Source of the DNA: Dehalococcoidia bacterium
Lineage (GTDB): Bacteria; Chloroflexota; Dehalococcoidia; Bin125
Reading direction: 5' to 3'
DNA length: 64,000 nt
NCBI GenBank assembly: GCA_963662615.2
Contig: CAXXSR010000001.1
Location: forward strand, 1,888,001 to 1,952,000
Position numbers and translations under genes: made by a program. The notes below the pieces were generated by a model. That model did no database searches. It was not told the origin of the DNA and was given only the letters and a program-made list of their open reading frames with translations. Shown here piece after piece: positions 48,372 to 59,061 of the stretch (position 1 is its first letter; each line of letters opens with the position of its first letter).

Positions 48372-49508
48372 TTACCGCTTCAAGACCAGGACGTTCATCC
48401 CACCAATGCCGGAATTATAGATGAGCCCCACCTTGGGGTCGCCGGACACCTGGCGCGGGCCCGCCCGGCCGCTGAGCTGCGCCAGGATTTCGGCGATCAT
48501 GGCGCAGCCCGTGGCGCCAATGGGGTGGCCGCGGCTGAGCAAGCCGCCGTCGGTGTTGACGGGGATGTCGCCGTCGATCTCCGTGCGCCCCTCGCAGACG
48601 GCCTGCGCGCCTGCGCCCATGTCCACCAGACCCAGCGCCTCAATGGCGAAGATTTCGCCGGGAGTGAACGCGTCGTGCACTTGCGTCACGTGGACGTCTT
48701 CCGGGCCAATGCCGGCGCGTTCGTACGCCGTGCGCGCCAGCTTCGCCAGTTCGAGCCGGTTCAGTTCGCCGTCGTGAGACTCCCCATCCTTCGCCGCCGG
48801 GACGTATTCGCCGGTCCCAGAGGCCCAGCCCGCCACAGTGATGTAGTCCGACGTGTGCTGGCGGGCCACCTCCTCGGCACAGAGGACCACCGCCGCTGCG
48901 CCGTCAGTGGTGGGCGAGCACTGCAGCAGCGTGATCGGCGCGGCGATCATCCGCGAGTTGAGAACTTCCTCCAGCGTGACGGCCTTCTGGTACTGCGCGT
49001 TGGGATTGAGCGCCCCGTTCTTATGTGCCTTCACGGACACCTGGGCGAACATCTCCGGCGTGGCGCCGTATTCATGCATGTAGCGATTGGCCGCGAGCGC
49101 GTAGCCCGCCGGCATGACCGCAAGACCCATCACGGTCTCGTACGCCTGCTTGTCGCTGGTCTGCAGGAGGCCGCGCTCCATCTTCTCGAAGCCGACCACG
49201 AGCACGCGGTCGTAGAAGCCGCCGGCAATTGCCATGGCAGCCTCGCGAAACGCTGTGGTGGAGCTGGCGCAGGCCTGCTCAATGTTGGTGACCGGGATGC
49301 CCGTCTGGCCTAGCTCGGTCACGACGCGCAATCCGGCCCCCATGCCCTGAAGGACGCGGCCCGTATAGGCGGCGTCAATCTCCTGGAAGGAGATGTTGGC
49401 CTGCTCTAACGCAGCGACGATCGCTTCCCGGCCCAGCTCCTCCGTGCTCTTCTCCGGGAATCGCCCGAATGGGTGCAGTCCTGCTCCAACGACGGCGACG
49501 CTACGCAT
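48372..49508 (-). CDS. Thiolase family protein (SCP2/lipid-transfer type)
   Basis: NIEQACASS, CSPTTDGAAA, QVHDAF, NTDGGLLSRGHPIGATG. Confidence 0.92.
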   Translation of the reverse strand: MRSVAVVGAGLHPFGRFPEKSTEELGREAIVAALEQANISFQEIDAAYTGRVLQGMGAGLRVVTELGQTGIPVTNIEQACASSTTAFREAAMAIAGGFYDRVLVVGFEKMERGLLQTSDKQAYETVMGLAVMPAGYALAANRYMHEYGATPEMFAQVSVKAHKNGALNPNAQYQKAVTLEEVLNSRMIAAPITLLQCSPTTDGAAAVVLCAEEVARQHTSDYITVAGWASGTGEYVPAAKDGESHDGELNRLELAKLARTAYERAGIGPEDVHVTQVHDAFTPGEIFAIEALGLVDMGAGAQAVCEGRTEIDGDIPVNTDGGLLSRGHPIGATGCAMIAEILAQLSGRAGPRQVSGDPKVGLIYNSGIGGMNVLVLKR

Positions 49509-49965
49509 GGCTTTCCTCGTGCTGAGCTAGGGGCCGGAAGAAGTAGTTGATTAGGCTAACACCGTCCTCGTCGGTCAGGACCGTGCGGGCGATCGCCTCG
49601 ACCGACATTCCAACGGTGACGTCCTGCGGGTCCGCGTCCACCAAGACCGATTGGGCGCTGACGCCTCCGTCCATCGCGACGACGACGATGGCGTAGGGGG
49701 GATCGACGGCCGCGCCAGGGAGTCGCTGATGGACCACCGTGAAAGTGTGCACCACGCCGCGGGGTCCGAACGTCTGGCGCTCCAACGTGGCGCTGCTGCA
49801 ATTGGCGCAGTAATGGCGTGCAGGAAAGAACGCCTCGCCGCATTCCAGGCAGCGATTCCCCGTCAGAGAGACCGGTGCCCCCTCCCGCTCCGGCATCTGG
49901 AAGAGGCCCTCTTGGAGGGGGCGCCTCTGGCCCCGCCGCGGCGCCGCGGAACTTGTCATCGGCAC
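49501..49965 (-). CDS. Zn-ribbon/OB-fold (DUF35) protein
   Basis: RCLECG..FPAR.YCANC, GVVHTFTVV, PPYA; overlaps the thiolase start. Confidence 0.9.
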   Translation of the reverse strand: MPMTSSAAPRRGQRRPLQEGLFQMPEREGAPVSLTGNRCLECGEAFFPARHYCANCSSATLERQTFGPRGVVHTFTVVHQRLPGAAVDPPYAIVVVAMDGGVSAQSVLVDADPQDVTVGMSVEAIARTVLTDEDGVSLINYFFRPLAQHEESHA

Positions 49966-49970
49966 CTTCC

Positions 49971-50001
49971 CCCCAGCACCCAGCTCCCAGCACCCAGCAC
50001 T
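49971..50001 (+). repeat. Short tandem repeat (cccagca-like, 7-bp period)
   Basis: ccccagcacccagctcccagcacccagcact. Confidence 0.7.
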
Positions 50002-50297
50002 GAGTTTGTGACGACGCAGGGTCGGCGGCGCCCATCGCGCCTTCCGGCGTCCGCACTCCTATCATTGCATAGGCCAGGGCGCGCGACGGCTGCCCCGATC
50101 CCGTTCTCTCCCGCTCGTTACGGCGCCGCCAACTGCCCCGGCGCAGCCCAGGCTACGGCGCCTCCACTGCGCCGATCAGATCCAACGCGCCACGTCGCTG
50201 CCCTGTAGAGCTGGTGGTAGACGCGTGACAAGGAGACACGAACGCGCTAGCACGATGGGACCGTCCGCCGGGCGGGCAAGGAAGCGAGGATGCAACG

Positions 50298-51419
50298 ATG
50301 ACGATGATTACGGCCGTGCGGACGCGGCTGGTGCGGATTCCCTTGGAGCGACCAACCTCGTTGTCCAATCGCACCCTGACGCATCGCGATTACCCACTGG
50401 TGCAAGTGGAAACCGAAGACGGCGAGACGGGCATCGGGTTCTGCTACGCGGGCGGTTCGGGCGGGGAGCTCGTGACGACGGCGATCCGCAACTTGTTCGC
50501 GCCCATGCTGATCGGTCGGGACCCATACCAGGTCGAGGGGCTATGGCAGGAGATGTACCAAGAGGCGTTGCTGCACGGCCGGGTGGGCTCGGTCATGCGC
50601 GCCATCAGCGCAATCGACATCGCGCTCTGGGATCGCAACGCGAAAGCAGTGGGCTTACCGCTCTGGCGCTATCTGGGCGCCTGCGCCGACGGTTCCGTCC
50701 CGGCCTATGCCAGCGGTGGCTACTATCTCGAGGGTGACCCGGCGGCGATGCTGGCCGAAGAGTTCAGCAGCTATGTGGCGCAGGGCTTCACGGCGGTGAA
50801 GATGAAGGTTGGCCGGCTCGATCCAGGGGGTGAGGAAGCGAGGATCCGGGCAGCGCGCGAAGCGATTGGCAAGGACGTGCTGCTCATGCTGGATGCCAAC
50901 AACGCATTCCCCAACCTTGAGTCGGCGCTGCGCGCCATGGCGATCTACGAGCGCTACGACCCCTACTGGATCGAGGAGCCTTTCAGCCCTGACGACATCG
51001 ACAACCACGCCCGTCTGGCCCGGTTAACCGCGGTGCCCGTGGCGACGGGGGAGATTGAGGCCGGGCGCTGGCGTTTCAAAGAGCTGCTGGAGAAGGAGGC
51101 CGCGACGATCCTACAACCGGACGCCGCGGTCTGCGGAGGGATCACCGAGTTTCGCCGGATCGCGGCCACGGCGGCCAGCTTCGGGATCTCGCTCTGTCCC
51201 CACTGGTTCCACGACCTGCACCTGCACCTCGTCGCGTCAACGCCCAACGCGACGTTCGTCGAATTTTTCCCTGACGACCAGGTGCTCAACTTCCGCCGCC
51301 TGATCGACCGGCAGAGCGAAGTCGTGAACGGGCGCCTGTTGCTACCGGATCGACCTGGACTCGGCTTCGGCTTCGTTCCGGGCAAGGTCGAAGAGTATGC
51401 GGTTGACGCCTGGTCCTGA
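50298..51419 (+). CDS. Mandelate racemase/muconate lactonizing enzyme family protein
   Basis: AIDIALWD, YASGGYY, KMKVG, MLDAN, WIEEP, ATGE, QPD, CPH. Confidence 0.93.
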   Translation: MTMITAVRTRLVRIPLERPTSLSNRTLTHRDYPLVQVETEDGETGIGFCYAGGSGGELVTTAIRNLFAPMLIGRDPYQVEGLWQEMYQEALLHGRVGSVMRAISAIDIALWDRNAKAVGLPLWRYLGACADGSVPAYASGGYYLEGDPAAMLAEEFSSYVAQGFTAVKMKVGRLDPGGEEARIRAAREAIGKDVLLMLDANNAFPNLESALRAMAIYERYDPYWIEEPFSPDDIDNHARLARLTAVPVATGEIEAGRWRFKELLEKEAATILQPDAAVCGGITEFRRIAATAASFGISLCPHWFHDLHLHLVASTPNATFVEFFPDDQVLNFRRLIDRQSEVVNGRLLLPDRPGLGFGFVPGKVEEYAVDAWS

Positions 51420-51579
51420 ACGGCGACGAAGCCGCAGGCTTGGGTCGCAAGAGAGTAGGGCCCGTCATGCGCCCTGATGACTACGCACAGTACGAGTCTG
51501 GCAGCTGAGTGCCACCGGGGCGCCTACGGATCGTATAGGCAGGAATTGCGTGGTCCAACGTGCCCGTGAACTCGCGCTG

Positions 51580-51682
51580 CGAGGCAGCCGCCGAGGCAAC
51601 GCTGTTTCGCTTCGCCTCGCAATTGGAGGAGGCCCGGCCGTGGGCCGGCCGCAAGCCCGAGGTCAGCAGCGGGCAGCCGTGA
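51580..51682 (+). pseudogene. C-terminal remnant of an amidase
   Basis: Manual translation EATLFRFASQLEEARPWAGRKP..* matches amidase-signature C-termini. Confidence 0.75.
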
Positions 51683-51725
51683 CGCGGCCACCGTTTCCCA
51701 CGGAGAGAGCGATGGCGATCACCTC

Positions 51726-52442
51726 TCAACGAACCGTCTGGTTGGCACCATCATCGTCGGGCGTGCTCGCGGTGGCAGGCAGATAGCGTAGGAACCAGTC
51801 GCGCGCCCGGCTCGCCACCCGGTCCAGCGCGCCCGGCTCTTCGAAGAGGTGCGTGGCGCCGGGGACGATTTCCAGTTTCTTCTCTGTGCGCAACTTCGCC
51901 AGCGCGTCCCGGTTCATCGCGATGACCGGGACGTCGGCTCCTCCAACGATGAGCAGCGTGGAGGCGCGGACCTGCGAGAGCGCGGCGCCGGCGAGGTCCG
52001 GCCTGCCGCCGCGGGACACGACCGCGCGGACGTTCGCAGGGCGCTCCACCGCCGCCATCAGCGCCGCCGCCGCGCCGGTGCTGGCGCCGAACATGCCAAT
52101 ATCGAGCGCGCGCGTGTGAGGATGCTCCGCCAGCCACTCGACCGCGCCGGCCAATCGGGTCGCGAGTAACTTCACGTCGAAGCGCAGCTCGGCGGTACGA
52201 GCGTCAATCCGCTCTTCTGCCGGGGTCAGGAGGTCCATGAGGAGCGTCGCCAGGCCGGCCTCACGGAGCGTCGCGGCCACCGCTCGATTCCGGGGGCTCA
52301 AGCGGCTGCTCCCGCTTCCGTGCGCGAAGAGAACGACGCCCAGCGGCCTTGCGGGCAGGCCCAAGGCGCCTGCCAGCGACAAGCCGGCGGCGGGGACCTG
52401 AACGTCCCGCACGTCGTGACTCTCGGCCGCCGCCTCAGTCAT
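51726..52442 (-). CDS. Dienelactone hydrolase-like alpha/beta hydrolase
   Basis: FAHGSGSSRLSPRN, FGASTGAAAA, SRGGRPDL, GATHLFEEPG. Confidence 0.92.
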   Translation of the reverse strand: MTEAAAESHDVRDVQVPAAGLSLAGALGLPARPLGVVLFAHGSGSSRLSPRNRAVAATLREAGLATLLMDLLTPAEERIDARTAELRFDVKLLATRLAGAVEWLAEHPHTRALDIGMFGASTGAAAALMAAVERPANVRAVVSRGGRPDLAGAALSQVRASTLLIVGGADVPVIAMNRDALAKLRTEKKLEIVPGATHLFEEPGALDRVASRARDWFLRYLPATASTPDDDGANQTVR

Positions 52443-53232
52443 GGCCCAGCGCCCGTGGCGGCGAGCCGGCGGAGGCATCAGGCCCGCGATCGGGGCGCCT
52501 GAGACGCGCCAGAATCCGGGCCGGATAATCGCCGCAGATCGCGTCGACGCCGGCATCGCGGACCCGCTCGATGTCGGCGGGCTCGTCCACGCTCCAGGTG
52601 TAGACCTGCAGGCCACGCCCGTGGGCCTCTTCTACCGCGGCAGGGCTGACCATGGCATGTGCCAGGCTCACCGCTGCGAAGCCCGCTCGCGCCGCCACAT
52701 CGATGTGCGACCGGTACCCGTATCGGGGGGCGGAGTCCGGCGCGACCAGCAGGGCGACCGGCACCTGCGGCATCTCGCTTCGGCAGGCGACGCCGATGTC
52801 GGGATCGAACGCCCAGATCCAGCACCAATCGGCGGCGGCGGCATCGTTGACCAGCCGCCCCACTGTGCTCTCAATCCCGGCTTCCTTGATTTCCATGACC
52901 AGCAGGCAGCGGCCCACCGTCCGGGCGAGCGCCTCCGCCAGAGTGGGGACGGGCTGCGGTGCGACCCGGCCATGCGGGTCGGTCACGCGCAGCGATCGCA
53001 AGGCGCGGGCGGAGAGCGCGGAAAGTTCGCGTGGGTCGCCCGTCGTTCGCGCCAACGAGGAGTCGTGGAGGAGGACGGGGCGGCCGTCTCGGGTCGCGCG
53101 GACGTCGACCTCCACGCCGTCGGCGCGGTCCGCGATCGCCGCATCAATCCCCGCCAGGGTGTTCTCCGGCATGGCGCCGGCGTTCGTGCGGTGAGAGATC
53201 ACGAGCGGGCGTCGGCTGGGCTGTTGGCTCAC
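52435..53232 (-). CDS. Glycerophosphodiester phosphodiesterase
   Basis: ISHR, PENTL, EVDV..TRDG..LLHD..RTT, EIK, YTWSVD, GVDAICGDYP. Confidence 0.92.
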   Translation of the reverse strand: MSQQPSRRPLVISHRTNAGAMPENTLAGIDAAIADRADGVEVDVRATRDGRPVLLHDSSLARTTGDPRELSALSARALRSLRVTDPHGRVAPQPVPTLAEALARTVGRCLLVMEIKEAGIESTVGRLVNDAAAADWCWIWAFDPDIGVACRSEMPQVPVALLVAPDSAPRYGYRSHIDVAARAGFAAVSLAHAMVSPAAVEEAHGRGLQVYTWSVDEPADIERVRDAGVDAICGDYPARILARLRRPDRGPDASAGSPPRALGHD

Positions 53233-53438
53233 GTCTGCTCCTCGCCGCCTCGGACCCCTTGAGGGACCAGGCCCCTTCACTCGCGGCGCTCGCCCGGTTC
53301 GGCTGCGATGACACGAGCGCCGGCGAAGTGCTCCTCAGCCTCATCGGGAGACCAGAGTAGCGCGATCGTGCGCCGGCGACGGCGAGCCGGGGTCCCGACC
53401 GCTGGTCGCGCGCCGACCGGCTCAGCTACGCTTCGGGA

Positions 53439-54545
53439 GTGACAGCGAGCGTCGTCCCCACGCGCTACTGGCATGCGCTGCCCGACGGGCGGGTCCAGTG
53501 CGATATCTGCCCGCGTGCCTGCAAGCTGCACGAGGGGCAGCGGGGATTCTGTTTCGTCCGTGCGCGCCAGGACGACCAGGTGGTCCTAACTTCCTACGGC
53601 CGCTCGAGCGGGTTCTGCGTCGATCCGATCGAGAAGAAGCCGCTCGATCATTTCCTGCCCGGCACCTCGGTCCTCTCCTTCGGCACCGCAGGGTGCAACT
53701 TGGGCTGCGGCTTCTGCCAGAACTGGGACATCAGCAAGTCCCGCGAGATCGACACACTTGCCGACGCCGCAGCGCCGGAGACGATCGCGCGGGCGGCGCG
53801 GGAGCTGGGCTGCCGCAGCGTCGCCTTCACCTACAACGACCCGGTGATCTTCCACGAGTACGCGATCGACGTGGCGCAGGCGTGTCACGAGGCCGGGATC
53901 AAGTCCGTGGCCGTCACCGCCGGATACATGTGCGCCGAGCCACGCGTGGAGTTCTACCGCTACATGGACGCCGTCAACGTCGATCTCAAAGGCTTCACGG
54001 AGGATTTCTACCACCGCGTCTGCATGGGTCATCTGGAGCCGGTGCTGGAGACGCTGGAGTACATCCACCACGAGACCGATGTCTGGTTGGAACTGACCAC
54101 ACTACTCATCCCCGGCCTTAACGATTCCGCAGAGGAGATCGACCGGCTCAGCAACTGGGTCGCGGAGCATCTGGGGCCATTGGTGCCGATCCATTTCACC
54201 GCCTTCCACCCGGATTGGAAGATGCTGGACCGTCCGCCCACGCCCCCGGAGACGTTGCAACGAGCGCGCCGCGTGGCGATGGAGAACGGGCTGCGCTACG
54301 TCTACACCGGCAACGTTCACGATCCCGAAGGCAACAGCACCTCCTGCGACCGATGCGGGACGCAGATCATTGGGCGGGTTGGGTACACGATTACCGCCTG
54401 GGAACTCAGCGACGACGGCCGCTGTCTCGCCTGCGACGCGCCCTGCCCGGGTGTCTTCGACGGTCCTCCAGGATCCTGGGGCTCCCGTCGGTTGCCCGTG
54501 CGCCTGGCCGACTTCGCGGAGAGCGATCGCCGTTCCCGTCCCTGA
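53439..54545 (+). CDS. amrS: AmmeMemoRadiSam system radical SAM enzyme
   Basis: CDICPRAC, DPIEKKPL, GCNLGCGFCQNW, FTYNDP, NVDLK, YVYTGNV. Confidence 0.93.
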   Translation: MTASVVPTRYWHALPDGRVQCDICPRACKLHEGQRGFCFVRARQDDQVVLTSYGRSSGFCVDPIEKKPLDHFLPGTSVLSFGTAGCNLGCGFCQNWDISKSREIDTLADAAAPETIARAARELGCRSVAFTYNDPVIFHEYAIDVAQACHEAGIKSVAVTAGYMCAEPRVEFYRYMDAVNVDLKGFTEDFYHRVCMGHLEPVLETLEYIHHETDVWLELTTLLIPGLNDSAEEIDRLSNWVAEHLGPLVPIHFTAFHPDWKMLDRPPTPPETLQRARRVAMENGLRYVYTGNVHDPEGNSTSCDRCGTQIIGRVGYTITAWELSDDGRCLACDAPCPGVFDGPPGSWGSRRLPVRLADFAESDRRSRP

Positions 54546-54715
54546 TTAGACGACGTTCTGCAGGGGATGCCCCCGTCTGAGATTTTCGACGTTCTTGGCC
54601 ACGGCTCGCGCCATTAGGTCGTACGAGTAGTCCGTCACCCCGGCGATGTGCGGTGAGGCGATGCGGACGGGTGGCCGCTGCCCAGATCTTCCCGTCCGGC
54701 CCCGGCGAGGCCGCC
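54546..54715 (-). pseudogene. C-terminal remnant of a D-2-hydroxyacid dehydrogenase
   Basis: SPHIAGVTDYSY..VAKNVENLRRGHPLQNVV*; a shifted frame upstream gives GLAGAG. Confidence 0.7.
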
Positions 54716-54805
54716 GACGCCGTGGGCAATCGCTCATGTGCGAAGCGGTTGCCTCCCTGGCGCGGTGAAGCGACACGCCGGCGACCTGCCCGTCAGAATC
54801 GGCTC

Positions 54806-54855
54806 TTGACGCCTGCTCGCGCTCAGGATTATTGTTCACTATATGGTTAACTATT
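54806..54855 (+). promoter_or_regulatory. Promoter and probable ArsR auto-operator overlapping the start codon
   Basis: TTGACG...TATTGT and an AT-rich imperfect palindrome gttcactatatggttaac across the ATG. Confidence 0.55.
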
Positions 54856-55169
54856 CGGCCAGCCTCGATCGCAGCTTTCTCGCCCTGGCCCACCCCCTGC
54901 GGCGGGGCATCATAGAGCGGCTGGCCCGCGGCCCAGCCAGCGTGGGCGAAGCGACCCAGGGCTTCGCCATCTCCAAGCCGGCGATCAGCAGGCACCTCAA
55001 GGTGCTGGAGGACGCCGGGATCCTCGTTCGCGAGGTCCAAGGGCGAACCCATCGGCTCGACGTCGACCAAGGACCTCTGACCGAGGCCGCGACGTGGATC
55101 GAGCATCACCGAGGTATCTGGGAAAGAACGTTCGACGCCGTCGAACGGCATCTATCCGAGCAACCGTAG
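54843..55169 (+). CDS. ArsR/SmtB family regulator
   Basis: FLALAHPLRRGIIERL, SKPAISRHLKVLEDAGIL. Confidence 0.93.
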   Translation: MVNYSASLDRSFLALAHPLRRGIIERLARGPASVGEATQGFAISKPAISRHLKVLEDAGILVREVQGRTHRLDVDQGPLTEAATWIEHHRGIWERTFDAVERHLSEQP

Positions 55170-55196
55170 CCTCCAGAAACTGGGAAGGAGATTGGC

Positions 55197-55664
55197 ATGG
55201 CGGAAACAGGGGCGGAGACCGAGATCAGCTTGCGGCTCTCGCGCAGCTTCGACGCACCCAGGGAGAGGGTCTTCGAGGCCTGGACCGACCCCTCAGTCCT
55301 GAAGCGCTGGTGGAGCGCGCAAGAGAGTTGGGACTGTCCGCTGGCGGAGGTCGACCTGCGTGTCGGCGGCCAGTACAAGCTCTCCATGCGGGATCCGGAC
55401 AGCGGCCAGGTGCACACCGTCAGCGGGGAGTACACCTCGATCCGGCCGCCGGAGCATCTCGCCTACACCTGGTCGTGGGAGGGAGACGTCCAGGGGCACG
55501 GGGGAGGCGAAGCGACGCTCGTGACCGTGGACTTCATAGAGGAAGGCGAGCGCACAACCGTCGTGCTCACCCACCGCGGATTCCAAAGCGAAGAGGTCCG
55601 GGACAGACACAGCCAAGGCTGGGGCGGCTGCTTCGCCAATCTCGGCCGGCGCGTCTTCGCCTGA
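55197..55664 (+). CDS. SRPBCC/AHSA1 domain protein
   Basis: RSFDAPRERVFEAWTDP, DLRVGG, YTWSW, QGW. Confidence 0.92.
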   Translation: MAETGAETEISLRLSRSFDAPRERVFEAWTDPSVLKRWWSAQESWDCPLAEVDLRVGGQYKLSMRDPDSGQVHTVSGEYTSIRPPEHLAYTWSWEGDVQGHGGGEATLVTVDFIEEGERTTVVLTHRGFQSEEVRDRHSQGWGGCFANLGRRVFA

Positions 55665-55696
55665 GGAGTTCAGCGGCGCCAATTGTCGATGGCGCG

Positions 55697-56683
<987 letters not shown>

Positions 56684-56766
56684 TTCGTTATCTCTCCTGC
56701 CTCAGACACGCGTCTCCCGTCCCCAGCCGTCCCCCGTCCCTTCGGATCGCAGGCAGCTTGCAAGGC

Positions 56767-57492
56767 CTACGCATCGCGCTGCTTCCCGGTCTTCTCCGCG
56801 AACAGCCGCCACGTCCGGTCGTTGAACGGGTAGTATCGCCCCGGCGAGCACTGCTCGCGTTGCAGCTGCTCTTTTACCACCTCTTCGACCTCTTCGTGCT
56901 CACGCGCCGTGGCGATCACCTCATCGACCATGCCGGCGGGGACGATGACAACGCCGTCATCGTCGCCGACGACCGCGTCCCCCGGCCGCACCAGCACGCG
57001 CCCGCACTGGGTGGCATCGTTGACCTGCCAAGGCCAGAACTCTCCGGGGCCTTGCTTGGCGGTGGTACCGGCCGAATACACCGGGAATCCATACCCCTTC
57101 AGGACCACGCTATCCCTGACAGATCCGTCGGTGACCAGACCGGCCGCACGGCGTTGCGCGAGACGCAGAAACTTGATGTCGCCGCCAATTGAGCTGCTGC
57201 TCCAGCCCATGGCGTCCACCACCAGCACTTCGCCGGGACCGCACAGCTCAAAGGCGACGTATTCGGCGGACTGCTCGCCCTGCGGCTTGTCTTCCGCGAT
57301 GTCGGGGCGGTGGGGCACGAAGCGCAAGGTCACGGCCCTTCCCGCCATCTTCTGGCCAAGCTGCAGCGGCCGCGCTCCCTCCACATAGCTCATGGGCCAC
57401 CCCTTCACCCAGAGTGCGTCGATAAGAGTCGCCGTGGGGATCGTGCGGAGCGCCGCGAGGGCGTCGTCACTGATCGATGGACGTTCAGGCAT
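56767..57492 (-). CDS. RraA/HMG-CHA aldolase family protein
   Basis: GRAVTLRF, VLVVDA, GDI, VTDGSVRD, PGDAVVGDDDGVVIVP. Confidence 0.9.
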   Translation of the reverse strand: MPERPSISDDALAALRTIPTATLIDALWVKGWPMSYVEGARPLQLGQKMAGRAVTLRFVPHRPDIAEDKPQGEQSAEYVAFELCGPGEVLVVDAMGWSSSSIGGDIKFLRLAQRRAAGLVTDGSVRDSVVLKGYGFPVYSAGTTAKQGPGEFWPWQVNDATQCGRVLVRPGDAVVGDDDGVVIVPAGMVDEVIATAREHEEVEEVVKEQLQREQCSPGRYYPFNDRTWRLFAEKTGKQRDA

Positions 57493-57684
57493 CGGGGCAC
57501 CTCCAAGCCGTTCGCTTTGATCGTGGCCGTCATTCTATGCAGTCGCCGCATCGGACGGCGAAACGCCCTGGCGCCGACAGCACGGAGCCGCGGCGCTGCA
57601 GCCGCTCCGGTGAGCAATCAGACCTCACCTGCGTGGCCCCGATGGCGCACGATCGTGAAATATACTGCTCTCTCTTTCAGGGCA

Positions 57685-57896
57685 CGAGTCTAGGCGGCTC
57701 TTCTAGGCCCCATTGGGATTTACCAGTGTTCCGGCGCTGGGAGCGGAGGGTGAGCTGGACCTGGACGCACCAGGTCCGGCACGCGCTGGTTCGGCATGTG
57801 ATCGTCACCCGGCGCTTCGGCATCGAGGAGATCAACGAGGCGGCAGCGGCGTTGGAAGCCGGCGAGATCGCGGGGCTCGCCATCTTGGAGTTCTGA
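57685..57896 (+). pseudogene. C-terminal remnant of a Zn-dependent alcohol dehydrogenase
   Basis: SLGGSSRPHWDLP.. / GELDLDA (shifted frame) / VTRRFGIEEINEA..LEAGEIAG.AILEF*. Confidence 0.7.
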
Positions 57897-58029
57897 GGGA
57901 GCGCCGCATCTCATCAATGAGCGACCCATACGCAACAGGACCGGGCTGGCCGAGACGGGAGCGCGACCTCTACGATTCGTGCGCGGTCGTGTGTCCGAGG
58001 CAAGCGGTCGATCAAAGTGAGGTAGCGGC

Positions 58030-58812
58030 GTGGCCCTTCCCCAAGATCGCGCGGAGGCCGCCGAGCTGCTCGGCGTCGCCGCCGACGCGTCCGAGAGCCT
58101 GATCAGCAGCCGCTATCGCACCCTGGCGCAGATCTTCCATCCCGATCTGAATCCCAACGCGCCCAGCGCCGACCTGCGGATGCAAGAGTTGAACGCTGCG
58201 CGCGACCTGCTGCTGCGGGGTCTGCGCCCGACCGGTTCGGCAGAGGACCCCCCGCAACAGGAGCGCCCGGGCGAGCAGGGGGCGTTGCAGACGAAGGAAG
58301 AGGCGCAGCGCATTCGCACGGTGATGCACCAGATGCCGTACGGCATCTACATCATTGGCACCACACGGGATGACGAGCCCAACGCCATGATCGCCGACTG
58401 GGTGATGCAAGTCTCTTTTGAGCCGCGTCTGGTGGCCGTGTCCATCGAGAACGACGCCTACAGCCTGGAGAGCGTCCGTCGGCACAAGGCCTTCACGATC
58501 AACTTGCTCCCCGAAGACGGGATGGAAGTCGCTGCCCGCTTCTTGCAGCCGCGAGACGGCTCGAAGATCCGGGGACGCAGCCCTGCAGTCGCCGCGCAGA
58601 CCCATAACAAGCTTGCCGGCACTGTCTATCGCACGACAGATCGCGGCTGCCCGATTCTTGAAGAGGCTCTCACCTGGCTCGAATGCGAGCCGGAACAGTT
58701 CGTCCCGGCTGGCGATCACACTTTGGTCGTGGGCCGCGTGGTCGACGGCGCCGTCTTGCGGGCGAGCGAGGCGCTCACCTCAACGTACACGGGATGGAAC
58801 TACAGCGGCTGA
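58030..58812 (+). CDS. J-domain (DnaJ) - flavin reductase-like fusion
   Basis: LLGV..YRTLAQIFHPDLN..MQELNAARDLL; MPYGIYIIGT, WVMQVSFEP, FTINLL, GCPIL, GDHTLVVGRV. Confidence 0.88.
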   Translation: MALPQDRAEAAELLGVAADASESLISSRYRTLAQIFHPDLNPNAPSADLRMQELNAARDLLLRGLRPTGSAEDPPQQERPGEQGALQTKEEAQRIRTVMHQMPYGIYIIGTTRDDEPNAMIADWVMQVSFEPRLVAVSIENDAYSLESVRRHKAFTINLLPEDGMEVAARFLQPRDGSKIRGRSPAVAAQTHNKLAGTVYRTTDRGCPILEEALTWLECEPEQFVPAGDHTLVVGRVVDGAVLRASEALTSTYTGWNYSG

Positions 58813-59061
58813 CACGAAGTCAGCCCGTGTGGTCCGCAAGCGGCCCGGTGGGTGCGGAGACGGTGGAATCGCCGCTCGGGGGCCGGACACCTCATAGGAC
58901 AAAGGACGGGCTCTCGCTATATTTGCCGGGGCGCCGCTTGCGACCCCACCGGCGTCTCTCCCCTCACGGGGCAGGGCGCAGGGCCCCGCCGAGTTCCAGA
59001 ATCGGCCACGGCAGGTAAGCGCACCGGAACAGCCGCCAGGCTTCGCGCTTCGGGAGCCGTC

